Shown piece by piece: positions 1 through 13,974 of a stretch of DNA of 64,000 bases (position 1 is the first letter of the stretch; the number at the start of each line of letters is the position of its first letter). Origin of the DNA: Octopus vulgaris (lineage: Eukaryota); assembly GCA_951406725.2 (NCBI GenBank), contig OX597816.1, positions 27,032,001-27,096,000 on the forward strand, read 5' to 3'. The translations under genes were made by a program, and so were the position numbers. Below the pieces are notes generated by a model, which saw only the letters and a program-made list of their open reading frames with translations, did no database searches and was not told the origin of the DNA.

Positions 1-363
1 ACTGTGCATCATCATTAAGGAACTTTGGAAAACTGTTTACAACCTATATCTGCCTCTAATGGAACTATCTCCAATATCTCATGAGTATAACCTCACCCAC
101 TAAGATGTCTAGAGAACTCAAATGTATTTTAGCTGATGAGTACGGGACACTTTTATCTGCTGCAATTTTTGCAACTTGTAATAAAGCCTGTCTTTGTATG
201 AAACAATTGTACTAAAAACTAATCCATTCTTGTTGCTTCTTTCTCGTTTATAATCACCCCACATTACTGTATGGATAACACCATATAGTTTTTCTGGTGC
301 ATCTAAGTTAAGTACCACATTCAAGTAAATTCATTGGAAGTTACTTGAATCTTAATTGCTTTG

Positions 364-364
<1 letters not shown>

Positions 365-428
<64 letters not shown>
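365..428. repeat. (TA)n microsatellite, representative of dozens of (TA)n, (CA)n and (TAA)n tracts in the window
   Basis: Direct reading. These tracts generate the YIYI, HTHT and poly-I/N ORFs in the track. Confidence 0.95.
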
Positions 429-432
<4 letters not shown>

Positions 433-1002
433 GTAAAAAAATATACAAACTGGGACAAGAACGTGAAACATTTAGAAGACGACACAAAAAACACGGACGG
501 GACATTCGAAGCCCTCAATCATCAGTCAAGAACCGGATCATCTTCGCAATTTCGGCTGATTAATCTTGAGATTGCTCCGATCTGGGCAGCCCCCAAGGGA
601 AATCTAAGCCAAGCGCATTAGATTCCTTGGAAGAAAGCCTCGAGCAAATCTAAGACCAGAGATCACCTAAGATCATAATTTTTTAAGATAGAATAGATTT
701 GAGGAAGATTGATTACTATTTCTAGACTAAATTAGGGAGCTGAGTTGGGGGAAGGGGTAAAGTTGTTTGAATAAATCTATTTCTAACATTGGTACAAGTC
801 CACAAATTTTGGTGCGGGGAGGTGAGCGATCGATGAAATCGATCATAGTATTTGACTGTTACCATGTTTTACCAAGTCCAGAAGGATGAAAGGTACAGTT
901 AACTTTGGCGGTAGTTGAACTCAGAACTTAAAGGGTCTGTAATGCATTCATTCCGATGTTCTACCGACTATTCTAAATCGCTAACTCGTGTGTGAAAAGA
1001 CC

Positions 1003-1200
1003 TACTCTTTACTCTTTTACTTGTTTCAGTCATTTGACTGTGGCCATGCTGGAGCACGCCTTTAGTCGAGCAAAATCGGCCCAGGACTTATTCTATCATT
1101 CTCTTTTGTTGAACCGCTAAGTTACAGGAACATAAACACACCAGCATCAGTTGTCAAGTGAAGTAGGAGGGACAAACACACACAGACACAGACACACACA

Positions 1201-1237
<37 letters not shown>

Positions 1238-1370
1238 ACACACACACATACATATATATATCTACATACATATATATAAGATACTTGCCCAAGGTGCCAC
1301 GCAGTGGGACTGAACCTGGAACCATGTGGTTCGTAAGCAAGCTACTTACTACACAGCCACTCCTACGCCT
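1003..1370 (-). mobile_element. tRNA-derived SINE, family A (internally deleted copy)
   Basis: Reverse strand starts AGGCGTAGGAGTGGCTGTGT.GTAAG...GGTTCAGTCCC (A/B-box-like head). Internal (CA)n and (AAGAGTA)-type tail, as in many other copies here. Confidence 0.85.
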
Positions 1371-1544
1371 ACTGTGAAAAGCATTCCAGTCATGACAATC
1401 TAGTATAAACAAAAACAATTTGTGTAATTTGTGAGAGACTTGGCTGTTATTTCTAGCAGGCTGGGTGACTAATTAGAAGTGCTCCCGTTGGTTCGTGATT
1501 ATGGTAGGGGAAGACATGTAAGAGATAGAGTCAACCCTCAGATA

Positions 1545-1748
1545 TTGGTTTCAAAATTTTGCTACAAGCCAGCAATTTCGGGGCCGAGATAAATCGATTA
1601 CATCGACTCCAGTACTAAACTGGTACTTATTTTATCGACTCCGAAAGGATGAAAGGCAAAGTCGACCTCGGCAGAATTTGAACTCAGAACGTAAAGACGG
1701 ACGAAATGCCGCTAAGCGTACTAACGATGTTGTCAGCTTGTCGCCTTA
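1545..1748 (-). mobile_element. tRNA-derived SINE, family B
   Basis: Contains GGTACTTATTTTATCGACTCCGAAAGGATGAAAGGCAAAGTCGACC and TTTGAACTCAGAACG, shared with more than 10 copies in the window. Confidence 0.8.
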
Positions 1749-1771
1749 GTCAACTGTAAGATATTACTAGT

Positions 1772-1990
1772 ATACTCTTATTCTTTTACTCTTTTACTTG
1801 TTTCAGTCATTTGACTGCGGCCATGCTGGAGCACCGCCTTTTAGTCGAGCAAATCGACCCCGGGACTTATTCTTTTTGTAAGCCCAGTACTTATTCTATC
1901 GGTCTCTTTTTGCCGAACCGCTAAGTAACGGGGACGTAAACACACCAGCATCGGTTGTCAAGCAATGCTAGGGGGACAAACACAGACACA

Positions 1991-2041
<51 letters not shown>

Positions 2042-2226
2042 ATATATATATATACATATATACGACAGGCTTCTTTCAGTTTCCGTCTACCAAATCCACT
2101 CACAAGGCATTAGTCGGCCCGGGGCTATAGCAGAAGACACTTGCCCAAGATGCCACGCAGTGGGACTGAACCCGGAACCATGTGGTTGGTTAGCAAGCTA
2201 CTTACCACACAGCCACTCCTGCGCCT
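1772..2226 (-). mobile_element. tRNA-derived SINE, family A (full length)
   Basis: Head AGGCGCAGGAGTGGCTGTGTGG...GGTTCAGTCCC, core, internal (TG)n, AAGAGTA tail. Near-identical to copies at 37688, 48387 and 58042. Confidence 0.9.
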
Positions 2227-2486
2227 ATATGTTTGTTTTGTTTGTTTTTCATCGACCCCGAGAAGAGATGAAGAATAGTGAAATCAATAGCAATGGGATT
2301 TGATCTCAGAAAAAGATTCAATGAAAACAGCAGCAGCAGGAAGGTGTTTACTGTGGCACGCCACCGATTCTACGATCGATCCTGCCGCGCCCTACACTCC
2401 ACACTTTCTTTACAAATCCTAACAGCTGCAAAAACGACAACTACAACACAGAAAAGAAGTTCAACTGTTATATATAACATGTTAGG

Positions 2487-2540
2487 AGAAAGAAAGAAAG
2501 AAAGAAGGAAGGAAAGAAAGAAAGAAAGAAAGAAGGAAAA

Positions 2541-2572
<32 letters not shown>

Positions 2573-2790
2573 AGGAAGGAAAAAAAGAAAGATTGAAAGA
2601 GACAATAAGGAACAAAGAAAGAAGGAAAGAAAGAAAGAAAGATTGAAAGAGACACTAAGAAAGAAAGAAGGAAAGAAAGAAAGAAAGGAAGAAAGATTGA
2701 GACACTATAAAAGAAAGAAAGAAGGAAAGAAAGAGACACTAAGAAAGAAAGAAAGAAGGAAAGAAAGAAGGATCGAAAGAAAGAAAGAAG
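2487..2790. repeat. (GAAA)n polypurine tract with higher-order GAAAGATTGAAAGAGACA units
   Basis: Direct reading. Confidence 0.9.
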
Positions 2791-3034
2791 ACGGGAACTA
2801 ATTTGGTATAGTTCTTTATTCCCAGCTCGGACGTGATCAAATCTACGACCCTTTTATTTTCCAAAATCGAAAACCTACACCTGTACGTTCTTCTTTTTCC
2901 TGTATAAAAACAGTAAAATGTGATTTGAAGGAAATTTGGCTATTATTTCTTCCAGGTCGAGCAGCGAAGAATACCTGGAAACTAGCGTGTTACAGGAATG
3001 AAGTTTTCGTATCAGGTGAAATACTTGTCTGTCC

Positions 3035-3114
3035 GTCCGCCTGTCAGTCTGTTCGTCCGCCTGTCAGTCTGTTCGTCCGCCTGTCAGTCTGTTCGTCCGC
3101 CTGTCTGTCTGTTC
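3035..3114. repeat. 20-bp minisatellite, 4 copies of GTCCGCCTGTCAGTCTGTTC
   Basis: Units start at 3035, 3055, 3075 and 3095; the last has one substitution. Confidence 0.9.
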
Positions 3115-3169
3115 GCTCTCCGTCGCTCCCTTTCTCTCTCCCCTGCTCTCCCTCCCTCCCTCCCTCCCT

Positions 3170-3283
3170 CCCTGTGTGTGCGTGTGCATATATATATATA
3201 TATATAATATATATGTGTGTGTGTGTGTGTGTGTGTAAACAGAGAGAGAGAGAGAAAGATACATACATATATATATATACATG

Positions 3284-3353
<70 letters not shown>

Positions 3354-3384
3354 TGTATGTATGTATATATATATTATATTATAA

Positions 3385-3432
<48 letters not shown>

Positions 3433-3531
3433 AATATATATATACATACATGTATACATACATACATATATATACATACATACATATATATACATACATA
3501 CATACATACATATATATATATATATACATAC

Positions 3532-3562
<31 letters not shown>

Positions 3563-3707
3563 CATACATACATACATTATTCAAGTAAAAAGAGAGAAAC
3601 TGAAAGATGTGTGTTAATATATAAACACACATCTTTCGATTTGTCTCTCACTCTTTACTTGTTTACATACCTGTTTACGTGTCTATATATCTTTCTATCC
3701 GCCTTAC

Positions 3708-3767
<60 letters not shown>

Positions 3768-3813
3768 TTATCTATCCATCCATCCATCCATCCATCCATC
3801 CATCCATCCATCC

Positions 3814-3882
<69 letters not shown>

Positions 3883-3887
3883 CTTTC

Positions 3888-3946
<59 letters not shown>

Positions 3947-3951
3947 CTTTC

Positions 3952-4018
<67 letters not shown>

Positions 4019-4275
4019 CCTGTTTACCTGTCTGTCTACCTGTCTGTCTGTCTGTCTGTACGCCTAATTGTTTATATACCTGCAAGCCTGTTCGTTTATT
4101 TATCTCACCATCCATCATCCCATCCACTTTTTACCATTCAGTCGATTTATGTGCTTTTCCTTCTCACTCTCTCTCTCGCACTCATACCAACAAACCAACC
4201 AACCAGCCAACCAGCCAGCCAACCAACCGACCGACCGACCAACCGACCAACCAGCCAGCCAGCCAGCCAGCCAAA
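3170..4275. repeat. Compound microsatellite array (TA, TACA, TC, TCTA, TCCA, TCTG, CCAA/CCAG/CCGA)
   Basis: Direct reading. Ends about 50 bp upstream of the ATG at 4324. Confidence 0.92.
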
Positions 4276-4323
4276 CAAGTATATTTTGTGAAAACTGGAT
4301 CTACGTTGGTTGGAAGTAGCACG

Positions 4324-4632
4324 ATGCCGGAGCGGCTGGCTGCAGCCGGAGTCGATATTCCAAATTACAATAAAGGCAAGAAGCGCCTTTTGATGACTAA
4401 AAACAATCAACAATATGATATAACCGATTTTATCAGTCTGCACCCTGGAGGGGCTGAAATTCTGTACAAACACCGTAACGAGGATCTTGGCCGTTTAATG
4501 ACCGCATCAGAAAACGGTTTTCACAGACATTCTCAAGCTGCCTTCAGGATACTGGAGAATTATAGAATTAATAATGATTACCTTAATGAAAATGATCAGT
4601 CGATGTGTAAACGGAATAATTCCACTGAACAG
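4324..4632 (+). CDS. FA2H: First coding exon of a cytochrome b5-domain protein, most likely fatty acid 2-hydroxylase (N-terminal b5 domain)
   Basis: ATG at 4324, 103 open codons, phase-0 donor CAG|GTTTGT at 4632/4633. Translation ...[52 protein letters not shown] has the b5 HPGG motif and the HRHSxxAxxxLExY segment typical of FA2H. The symbol rests on motif recall; the hydroxylase-domain exons were not found in the window. Confidence 0.72.
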
Positions 4633-4849
4633 GTTTGTTATTTGCAGTTTCTTTCACAATCTTTCGTTTCGAAAAAAAAAAAAAAGAAAAAAAAGGAAGG
4701 TGTTAATTCTTAACCGAAACAAGGTCACCCTTTATTTTGGTAACGAGGGGTTTATTAATATTATTAATGTACTCTAAGAAACACATCCGGTACTTTATTC
4801 TATTCGTCCCCCCCACCCTTTCTGTTTCCCAAATCACATACATTTTAAC

Positions 4850-5146
4850 AACATCATCATGGTCTTCATCATCACCATCACCACCACCACCACCAAAACC
4901 ATCAGCACCACCACCACCAAAACCATCAGCACCACCACCACCACCACCATCACCGCCACCACCAAAACCACCACCACCACCACCACCACCACCACCACCA
5001 CCACCACCACCACCACCACCACCACCACCACCAAAACCACCACCACCACCACCACCACCACCACCACCACCACCAAAACCACCACCACCAAAACCACCAC
5101 CACCACCACCACCACCAAAACCACCGCCACCACCACCACCACCACC

Positions 5147-5192
<46 letters not shown>

Positions 5193-5207
5193 CTACCGTC
5201 GTCATCA
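4850..5207. repeat. (CCA)n/(TCA)n trinucleotide tract
   Basis: Direct reading. Explains the poly-G/P/T/V ORFs. Confidence 0.92.
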
Positions 5208-5834
5208 TCTAACGAATACAATTGTGTCGAAAAAGTTTTATTTATTAATTTTATTTCTGGGTGCGAACAGTTTACAATTTATCTTTTATTTTTATCTGGT
5301 ACTTATTCTATCGGTCTCTTTTGCCGAAAATCTAGGTTACGGAGACGTAAACACACCAACACCGGTTGTCAAACATTGGTGGCAGTGGTAGTAGTGGTGG
5401 TGGTGGTTTGACAAAAACAAACAGAAAGACGTACACACATAGATATATACATATACATACATACGGCAGTCTTCTTTCAGTTTCCGTCTACCAGATCCAC
5501 TCACAAAGGCCTTCGTGGCCCGAGAGTATAGAAGATACTTGCCCAAGGTGTCACACTGTGAGATTGAACCCCGAACCGCACAGTCACGCCTTCGCCTATG
5601 AGTTGAGTAAATTGACTCCACAACTTGACTTGTAAATTACTTCAAACTGTAAGGTGAGGTGGAAAGCAAAGCCAACCCAGGTGTAGTTTCAGCAGCTGTG
5701 TGGTCATTTTACCTGCTAGAAATCACAGTCAAGTAACAACCATATCAGCTTAAAAGGAAGGACACAACAGCATCTGCTCTCCTAATAATAATTTGTAATA
5801 GATATACGGCAGCACAAACTCTTTCTCTCTCTTT

Positions 5835-6233
5835 TTCTCTTTTTACTTGTTTCAGTCATTTGACTGCGGCCATGCTTGAGCACCGCCTTTAGTCGAGCAA
5901 ATCGGGACTTATTCTTTGTAAGCCCAGTACTTATTCTATCGGTCTCCTTTGCCGAGCCGCTAAGTGACGGGGACGTAAACACACCCGCATCGGTTGTCAA
6001 GCAATGCTAGGGAGACAAACACAGACACACAAACACATATACACACATACATATATATATGTATACATATATACGACAGGCTTCTTTCAGTTTCCGTCTA
6101 CAAAATCCACTTACAAGGCATTGGTCGGCCTGGGGCTATAGCAGAAGACACTTGCCCAAGATGCCACGCAGTGGGACTGAACCCGGAACCATGTGGTTGG
6201 TTAGCAAGCTACTTACCACACAGCCACTCCTGC
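5835..6233 (-). mobile_element. SINE family A
   Basis: Full-length match to the 1772-2226 copy. Confidence 0.9.
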
Positions 6234-6451
6234 GTTGAGAGGTAATGTATATACATCAACTCCATCTCAGTATTCCACTTGGTCCTTATTTTATGAACCC
6301 GCCCCACAAAAAACAACAAAATCATGTAAGGCAAAGTTGACCCCTCGGAGCATAAAAAATACTGCTAGGCTTTTCCACTGATGGTGCCAGGGATTTGGAA
6401 AAGATAAACGTTGATAAATTGATTAAATAAGAGGAATGGTTTTGGAAAGTT

Positions 6452-6838
6452 TGTGTGGTAAGTAGCTTGCTTACCAACCACATGGTTCCGGGTTCAGTCC
6501 CACTGCGTGGCACCTTGGGCAAGTGTCTTCTGCTATAGCCCCGGGCCGACCAAAGCCTTGTGAGTGGATTTGGTAGACGGAAACTGAAAGAAGCCCGTCG
6601 TATATATGTATATATACATATGTATATGTGTGTGTGTGTATGTTTGTGCGTCTGTGTTTGTCCCCCTCAACATCGCTTGACAACCGATGCTGGTGTGTTT
6701 ACGTTCCCGTATCTTAGTGGTTCGGCAAAAGAGACCGATAGAATAAGTATTAGGCTTACAAAGAATAAGTCCTGGGGTTGATTTGCTCCAGCATGGCCAC
6801 AATCAAATAACTGAAAAGAGTAAAAGAGTAAAAGAGTA
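6452..6838 (+). mobile_element. SINE family A (inverted relative to 5835-6233)
   Basis: TGTGTGGTAAGTAGCTTGC...GGTTCAGTCCC head through the AAAAGAGTA tail on the + strand. Confidence 0.9.
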
Positions 6839-6869
6839 TATGCCTGTTCGATCTGAGCGTGTGTGTGTG

Positions 6870-7063
6870 CATACATACATACATACATACATACATACAT
6901 ACACAGATACATACATACATACATACATACATACATACATACATACATACATACATACATACATACATACATACATACATACATACATACATACATACAT
7001 ACATACATACATACATACATACATACATACATACATACATACATACATGCATGCATGCATACA

Positions 7064-7097
<34 letters not shown>

Positions 7098-7100
7098 CAT
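6870..7100. repeat. (CATA)n microsatellite
   Basis: Direct reading. Confidence 0.95.
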
Positions 7101-7317
7101 ACACATCGTCTATACATACATATACATCTTCTGCGAACCCCTTGTAATCCGCAAAGGTGGTCCTGGGTGCCCGTGAACATGTTAAACTGACAGATCTTTC
7201 AATATCCTGGGGTCCATGGGAAAACCCATTTAAATAAAAGGGGTCCTTGGTAGTGAAAAGGTCGGGGACCACTGCCCTATACCTACATTTCGCCTACACG
7301 CACGCGTGCACTTACAT

Positions 7318-7696
7318 GCGTGGCTGTGTAGTAAGTAGCTTGCTTACCAACCACATGGTTCCGGGTTCAGTTCCACTGCGTGGCACCTTGGGCAAGTGTC
7401 TTCTACTATAGCTTCGGACCGGCAAAAACCTTGTGGGTGGATTTGGTAGACGTTAAGTGAAAAAAGCAAGTCGTATGTGTTTATGTGCGTGTGTGTGTGT
7501 TTGCTCTCCCACACCGCTTAACGACAGGTGCTGATGTGGTTACTTCCCTGTAACTTAGTGGATCGGCAAAATTAACCGATAGAATAATTACTGGGTTAAA
7601 AAAATAGTAAGTACTGTTGTCGATTCGTTCAACTAAAATTCTTCAAGGTGAGGCCTCAGTCCCCCTGCAGTCTAATGACCGAAACAAAAGATAAAA
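7318..7696 (+). mobile_element. SINE family A, diverged copy
   Basis: Same head and core with many substitutions. Confidence 0.8.
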
Positions 7697-7714
7697 GGTA
7701 ATAATAATACTAAT

Positions 7715-8125
7715 ACTTTCTACTAAAGGCACGAAACCTGAAATTTGGGGAGGGCACTCGTCGATTACATCGACCCAAGTGTTTCACGGGTACTTAATTT
7801 ATCGACCCCGAAAGGATAAAAGGCGAAGTCGACCTCTACAGAATTTGAACTCAGAACGTAAAGGCGGACAAAATACCTATTTCTTTAATACCCACAAGGG
7901 ACTAAACACAGAGAGGACAAACAAGGACAGACAAACGGATTAAGTCGATTATATCGACCCCAGTGCGTAACTGGTACTTAATTTATCGACCCCGAAAGGA
8001 TGAAAGGCAAAGTGGACCTCGGTGGAATTTGAACTCAGAACGTAACTGCGGACGAAATACCGCTAAGCATTTCGCCCGGCGTGCTAACGATTCTGCCAGC
8101 TCGCCGAATATGAAGACGGACGAGC

Positions 8126-8186
<61 letters not shown>

Positions 8187-8400
8187 CTTTTCTTCTCTAG
8201 ACATAAGGCTCGAAACTTTTGAGGAGGGGGCCAGTCGATTAGATCGATCCCAGTACGCAACTGGTACTTAATTTATCGATCTCGAAAGGATGGAAGGCAA
8301 AGTCAACCTCGGCGGAATTTGAACTCAGAGCGTAGCGGCAGACGAAATACGGCTACGCATTTCGCCCGGCGTGCTAACGTTTCTGCCAGCTCGCCGCCTT
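7715..8400 (-). mobile_element. Cluster of three nested or tandem family B SINE copies
   Basis: Three repeats of the ATCGACCCCGAAAGGATGAAAGGC...GAACTCAG core, partly separated by (TAA)n. Confidence 0.82.
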
Positions 8401-8401
8401 A

Positions 8402-8684
<283 letters not shown>

Positions 8685-9619
8685 TCAACTAGCAATAACC
8701 ACGCCTCGGATAACCCTCATTGGGTATGGTAATAATAATAATAATCATAATGATGATGATATACCTGTGTACGTGTGTACGTGCATGTGTGTGTGTTCGT
8801 GTGCGTGTTCGTGGGTGCGTGGGTGCGTGGGTGCGTGTGCCTATACATATGTATAGGCGTGGTTGTGTGTTAAGAAGCTTAATTCCCAACCGTGCGGTCT
8901 TCTGTTTAGTTCCGCTGTGCAGCATCTCAATCTTCCATCACATCTTTCGTTCAAAAAAAAAAAAAGGAAGAAAAAGAAAAAAAAGAAAAAAAAAGAAAAA
9001 AAAGAAAAAAAAAAGAAAAAAAAGAAGAAGAAAAAATAAGGAAGGTGTTGATTTTTAACCGAAACAAGGTCACCCTTTATTTTGGTAACGAGGGGTTTAT
9101 TAATATTATTAATGTACTCTAAGAAACACATCCGGTACTTTATTCTATTCGTTCCCCCACCCTTTCTGTTTCCCAAATCACATACATTTTAACATCATCA
9201 TCATCGTCTTCATTACCACCACCACCACCACCACCACCACCACCACCTTCACCATGATCATCGTCATCATCTAACGAATACAAACTGTGTCGAAAAAGTT
9301 TTGTTTATTTATTTTATTTCTGGGTGCGAACAGTTTAGCATTTATCTTTTATTTTTATCTTTTATTTTTATCTTTTATTCGCTTCAGTCATTAGACTGCG
9401 GCCCTGCTGGAGCATCGCCTTGAAGAATTTCAAGTCGAATGTATCGACCACAGTATTTGTTTTTTAAGTATCTGTTTTTTTTTTAATATCGACCCAAGTG
9501 TTTCATTGGTACTTAATTTATCGACCCCGAAAGGATAAAAGGCGAAGTCGACCCCTACAGAATTTGAACTCAGAACGTAAAGGCGGACGAAATAGCGCTA
9601 AGCATTTCGCCCGGCGAGC

Positions 9620-9661
<42 letters not shown>

Positions 9662-9906
9662 TGATGATGATGATGATGATGCACCTGTGTGCGTGTGCAC
9701 GTGCATGTGTGTGTGTACGTGTGCGTGGGTGCGTGTGTCTATACATATGTATAGGCGTGGTTGTGTGTTAAGAAGCTTAATTCCCAAGCTTAAGTTCCGC
9801 TGTGCAGCATCTCGATCTTCCATTACAGCCCCGAGCTAACCAAAGTCTTGTGAGTGGATTTGGTAGTTGGAAACTGAAAGAAGTCTATCGTAAAAGTGTG
9901 TGTGCG

Positions 9907-11242
9907 TACACAAGATGTATTTTATACGTTTTTGGTTTGTTTCGGGAGAGGCATTTATTAATTTCAAAGAAGTACAAATCTCTAATCTCCTTCAATGTAG
10001 GATCATCTGACTTCAATTAACATGTAGCACTCCATCCGATTCGTTAAAGCCCGTGAAAGTCTTCCAAAGTGACGGTGTCCAAGACCCTTGCCACAGCCTC
10101 CATCATCTTCCGAATTCCTTAAAAACAACAGTCCCTGAGGATCTCCTTCAGCTTTGGGGAAAAACCAAAAGCCACAAAGAGCAAGGTCTGGACTTTGAGG
10201 AGGGGGAGGGACAGTTTCTCTGTCAAGAAATTTGTTACTAGGATGGAATTGTGGACTGGTCTATTGTCCTGGTGTAGGTGTTGTCGATGCAAGTGGGAAA
10301 GCTCTGACCTTTTGCAACGAAATTTCTTCATGGACTCCTTCAAAATCTTTACAAAGTAATCTTTGTTGACAGTCTAGCTAGAGGGAACTTAGTAGATGTA
10401 GATAATATTCCTGCTGTTGAAAAAGAAAGTCATCGTGTGCTTCCCAGTGGACTTACTTTGCCTGGTCTTCTTATGTCTGGGAGATCTAGGACGCTTCCGT
10501 TGGCCACTCTGTTTCTTGGTCTTTGGATCATAACAGTAGATCCAACTTTTGTCAAAGACTACAAGAGACTCGAGTACTCTTGGATTGGAAGTAATGAGCT
10601 CAACCATTTCCCAGCTGTCACCAACGCGTCTTTCCTTTTATTCATCACTAAGCACCCTGGAAACAAACTTCGCAGAAATTTTGCGCATGTTCAGATTTTC
10701 ATGAATAATTCTGTGCACACTTGTCACACTAACACACTAACTGTATGCTTATTGATTTTACAGACACATGGCAGTCTTCATTCACAAAACTGCGATTTTT
10801 CTAAACTAGCTCTGATGTTCTGACGTACCTCTCCCTTCCACAGCTCTCATTATCTTTCATCTTCTTTCTACTATCCTTGAACCTCTTGTGGCAGCAAAAA
10901 ACAGATGCTGAACTCACAGGAGTTAATTCGTAAGCAGTTTGGAGCCATTCACAAGTTTCTGTAGCATTTCTGCCTAGTTTAACACGATACTTTATTTCAT
11001 AGCTAACTTTCAAACTGTCTTCTCCCGACTGCATTCTGCAAATTTGACAGCTGACACAAGCAGTGTTTAGTAGTGTGTGTTCAAAGTGCTGCTACATCTG
11101 TCTCCAAAATAGAATAAAATAAATTGCAGGTCAGCTTATGTAGTAGCTTGTGTAGTAAGGATATTCTAGAAATTCACTAATCTAGCACAGCTGTAACTGC
11201 TTATCCTAAAAACGTCTCAAACATTCTGGAATGCACCTCGTA
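9907..11242 (-). mobile_element. Decayed mariner-type DNA transposon
   Basis: Fragmented ORFs: IKYRVKLGRNATET...VFCCHKRFKD (HTH) and FDKSWIYCYDPKTKKQS...SP.HKK...SKSTGKHTMTFFFNSRNII (DD34D region). One end reads TACGAGGTGCATTCCAGAATG on the reverse strand. The left boundary is uncertain. Confidence 0.85.
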
Positions 11243-11373
11243 TATATTTTCCTTGAGATTATTTAAGTTCTTTATGCAGTTCAAGCTGGTTGCTCACAAA
11301 GTGATAAAACCTTTTGAGTTATTACGATTACTAGCGTTTGTAAATGTGGTTGACTTTGTGTATGCATATATGT

Positions 11374-11600
11374 AGGCGAACTGGCAGAAACGTTAGCACG
11401 CCGGGCGAAATGCGAAGCCGTATTTCGTCTGCCGTTACGTTCTGAGTTCAAATTCCGCCGAGGTCGACTTTGCCTTTCATCCTTTCGGGGTCGATAAATT
11501 AAGTACCAGTTACGCACTGGGGTCAATGTAATCAACTTAATCCCTTTGTCTGTCCTTGTTTGTCCCCTCTGTGTTTAGCCCCTTGTGGGTAGTAAAGAAA
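11374..11600 (+). mobile_element. SINE family B
   Basis: GGCGAACTGGCAGAAACGTTAGC...GAGTTCAAATTCC head, then GCCTTTCATCCTTTCGGGGTCGATAAATTAAGTACC core. Confidence 0.88.
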
Positions 11601-11697
11601 TATATATATAATATTTATATATAATATATATATAAATGCAGCTGCATCAACTGCATTTATATTTTGTGGGGACATGTCTCTTCAGTGCTTGGGTGTT

Positions 11698-11752
<55 letters not shown>

Positions 11753-11980
11753 TTTGTATTACTTTTTATATATGTATCTTTGTAGATGCACACAACCAAA
11801 TGTGTTCATATATTCATTTAACGAACCTCAAGAGAAGAAGAATCTTTGGCATGTCTTACGAATTTTTGCTGTGCCGTTAATAGATTTTATTTCGAAGATG
11901 TTCGTCTATTTCCTGTGCTCATTCTTAAAAAATCCTAGCATTTCTTGGTTTTTGCGTAATACTATATTACAAGTGTGTGA

Positions 11981-12025
<45 letters not shown>

Positions 12026-12089
12026 TATATATATGATTGATTGATTGATTCCAGTTTCAGCTCATGAGCTGTGGCCATGCTGGGGCACC

Positions 12090-12133
<44 letters not shown>

Positions 12134-12226
12134 CAACAATTGAGGGTAAAATTAATTAATTATTAATCAATTTCACCAAGTGTTCAGTATGCAAAGGGAC
12201 CATTTAAGGCGAATTCAAATTATTAC

Positions 12227-12426
12227 ATTATATAAAAGGGCTTAGTAAAATAAATTACTTTACCGCATACTGAACTCATTAGAAATAGCAGCTAAAAAAA
12301 CTTTTTTAAAGCTATTTCTAATACGTATTAGAAATAGCTTTAGAAATAGCTTTAAAAAAGTTTTTTTAGCTGCTATTTCTAATGAGTTCAGTATGCGGCA
12401 AAGTAATTTATTTTACTAAGCCCTTT

Positions 12427-12434
<8 letters not shown>
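12227..12434. repeat. Near-perfect spacerless palindrome (98-bp arm; the other arm has an extra 12-bp duplication)
   Basis: ATTATATAAAAGGGCTTAG...TTCTAATAC|GTATTAGAA...CTAAGCCCTTTTATATAAT, centre at 12324/12325. Confidence 0.93.
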
Positions 12435-13380
<946 letters not shown>

Positions 13381-13391
13381 TATATATATTA

Positions 13392-13928
13392 GGCAGTGGC
13401 TCTCATGGCTTCTGATCTTAACTGATTGGATGTGTTATCATGTACATTGTCTTGTCTTGGTATAAAAGATGGGCTACAGCAAATATTCTGCTCAATACCA
13501 CAGATTTGCTTGTCAGTTGTTTGACCTTAACCAGTTGAGCATGTCCCTTAGTGGCTGACGATATGTGCATCTCTGATCACGAGCAGAAGTAGTGGGGGAG
13601 CATCATAGCCATGTGTTGAGAGGGATTCTTTGGGGTTTGAATAATTCACCTCTGGAAACATGGGTGGTTCTTTCAACATCCTTAAACAACCCTTATTCAG
13701 GGACCTTTTGAGCAGGATGGGCTACTCAGCCTGAAGAAATTTCTAACTGGGACCCACCTGCAAGGTCATGTGCTGTTTATCTTGATATGAGATCACCATG
13801 TCGCGCACATATGGTTGTGATGCATGTGCCTAGTATACCCTTATCAGACGGGTAGTCATGATGGGTATATTGGGCTTCGTATATTTTACCCCAGTGTCAC
13901 TTTGATGGCATGAACTGCTCTCTCACTC

Positions 13929-13972
<44 letters not shown>
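13392..13972 (+). mobile_element. Non-coding retroposon 3' segment ending in (TAA)n
   Basis: A reverse-oriented homologue lies at 52340-52868 and a fragment at 33720-33830. Confidence 0.75.

Positions 13973-13974
<2 letters not shown>

Noticed and set aside
500-565. Minus-strand CTGATGA and CGAAA near each other as a permuted hammerhead
   Set aside because: I could not build a consistent three-stem junction.
1965-2303. Recurrent ORF MLGGQTQTHK...CPRCHAVGLNPEPCGW seen at many loci
   Set aside because: It is the antisense translation of SINE family A, not a gene family.
3035-3114. CRISPR-like array
   Set aside because: Contiguous 20-bp units with no spacers in eukaryotic DNA, so a minisatellite.
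2925-4323. 230-aa and 226-aa ORFs and the N-terminal part of the 344-aa ORF
   Set aside because: Stop-free reading of TA/TACA/TCTA microsatellites. Only 4324-4632 has protein-like content.
4703-5411. Long Gly-rich and Pro-rich ORFs resembling extensin or glycine-rich proteins
   Set aside because: They are translations of a (CCA)n microsatellite. The duplicated copy at ~9200 has a much shorter tract, so there is no sign of coding constraint.
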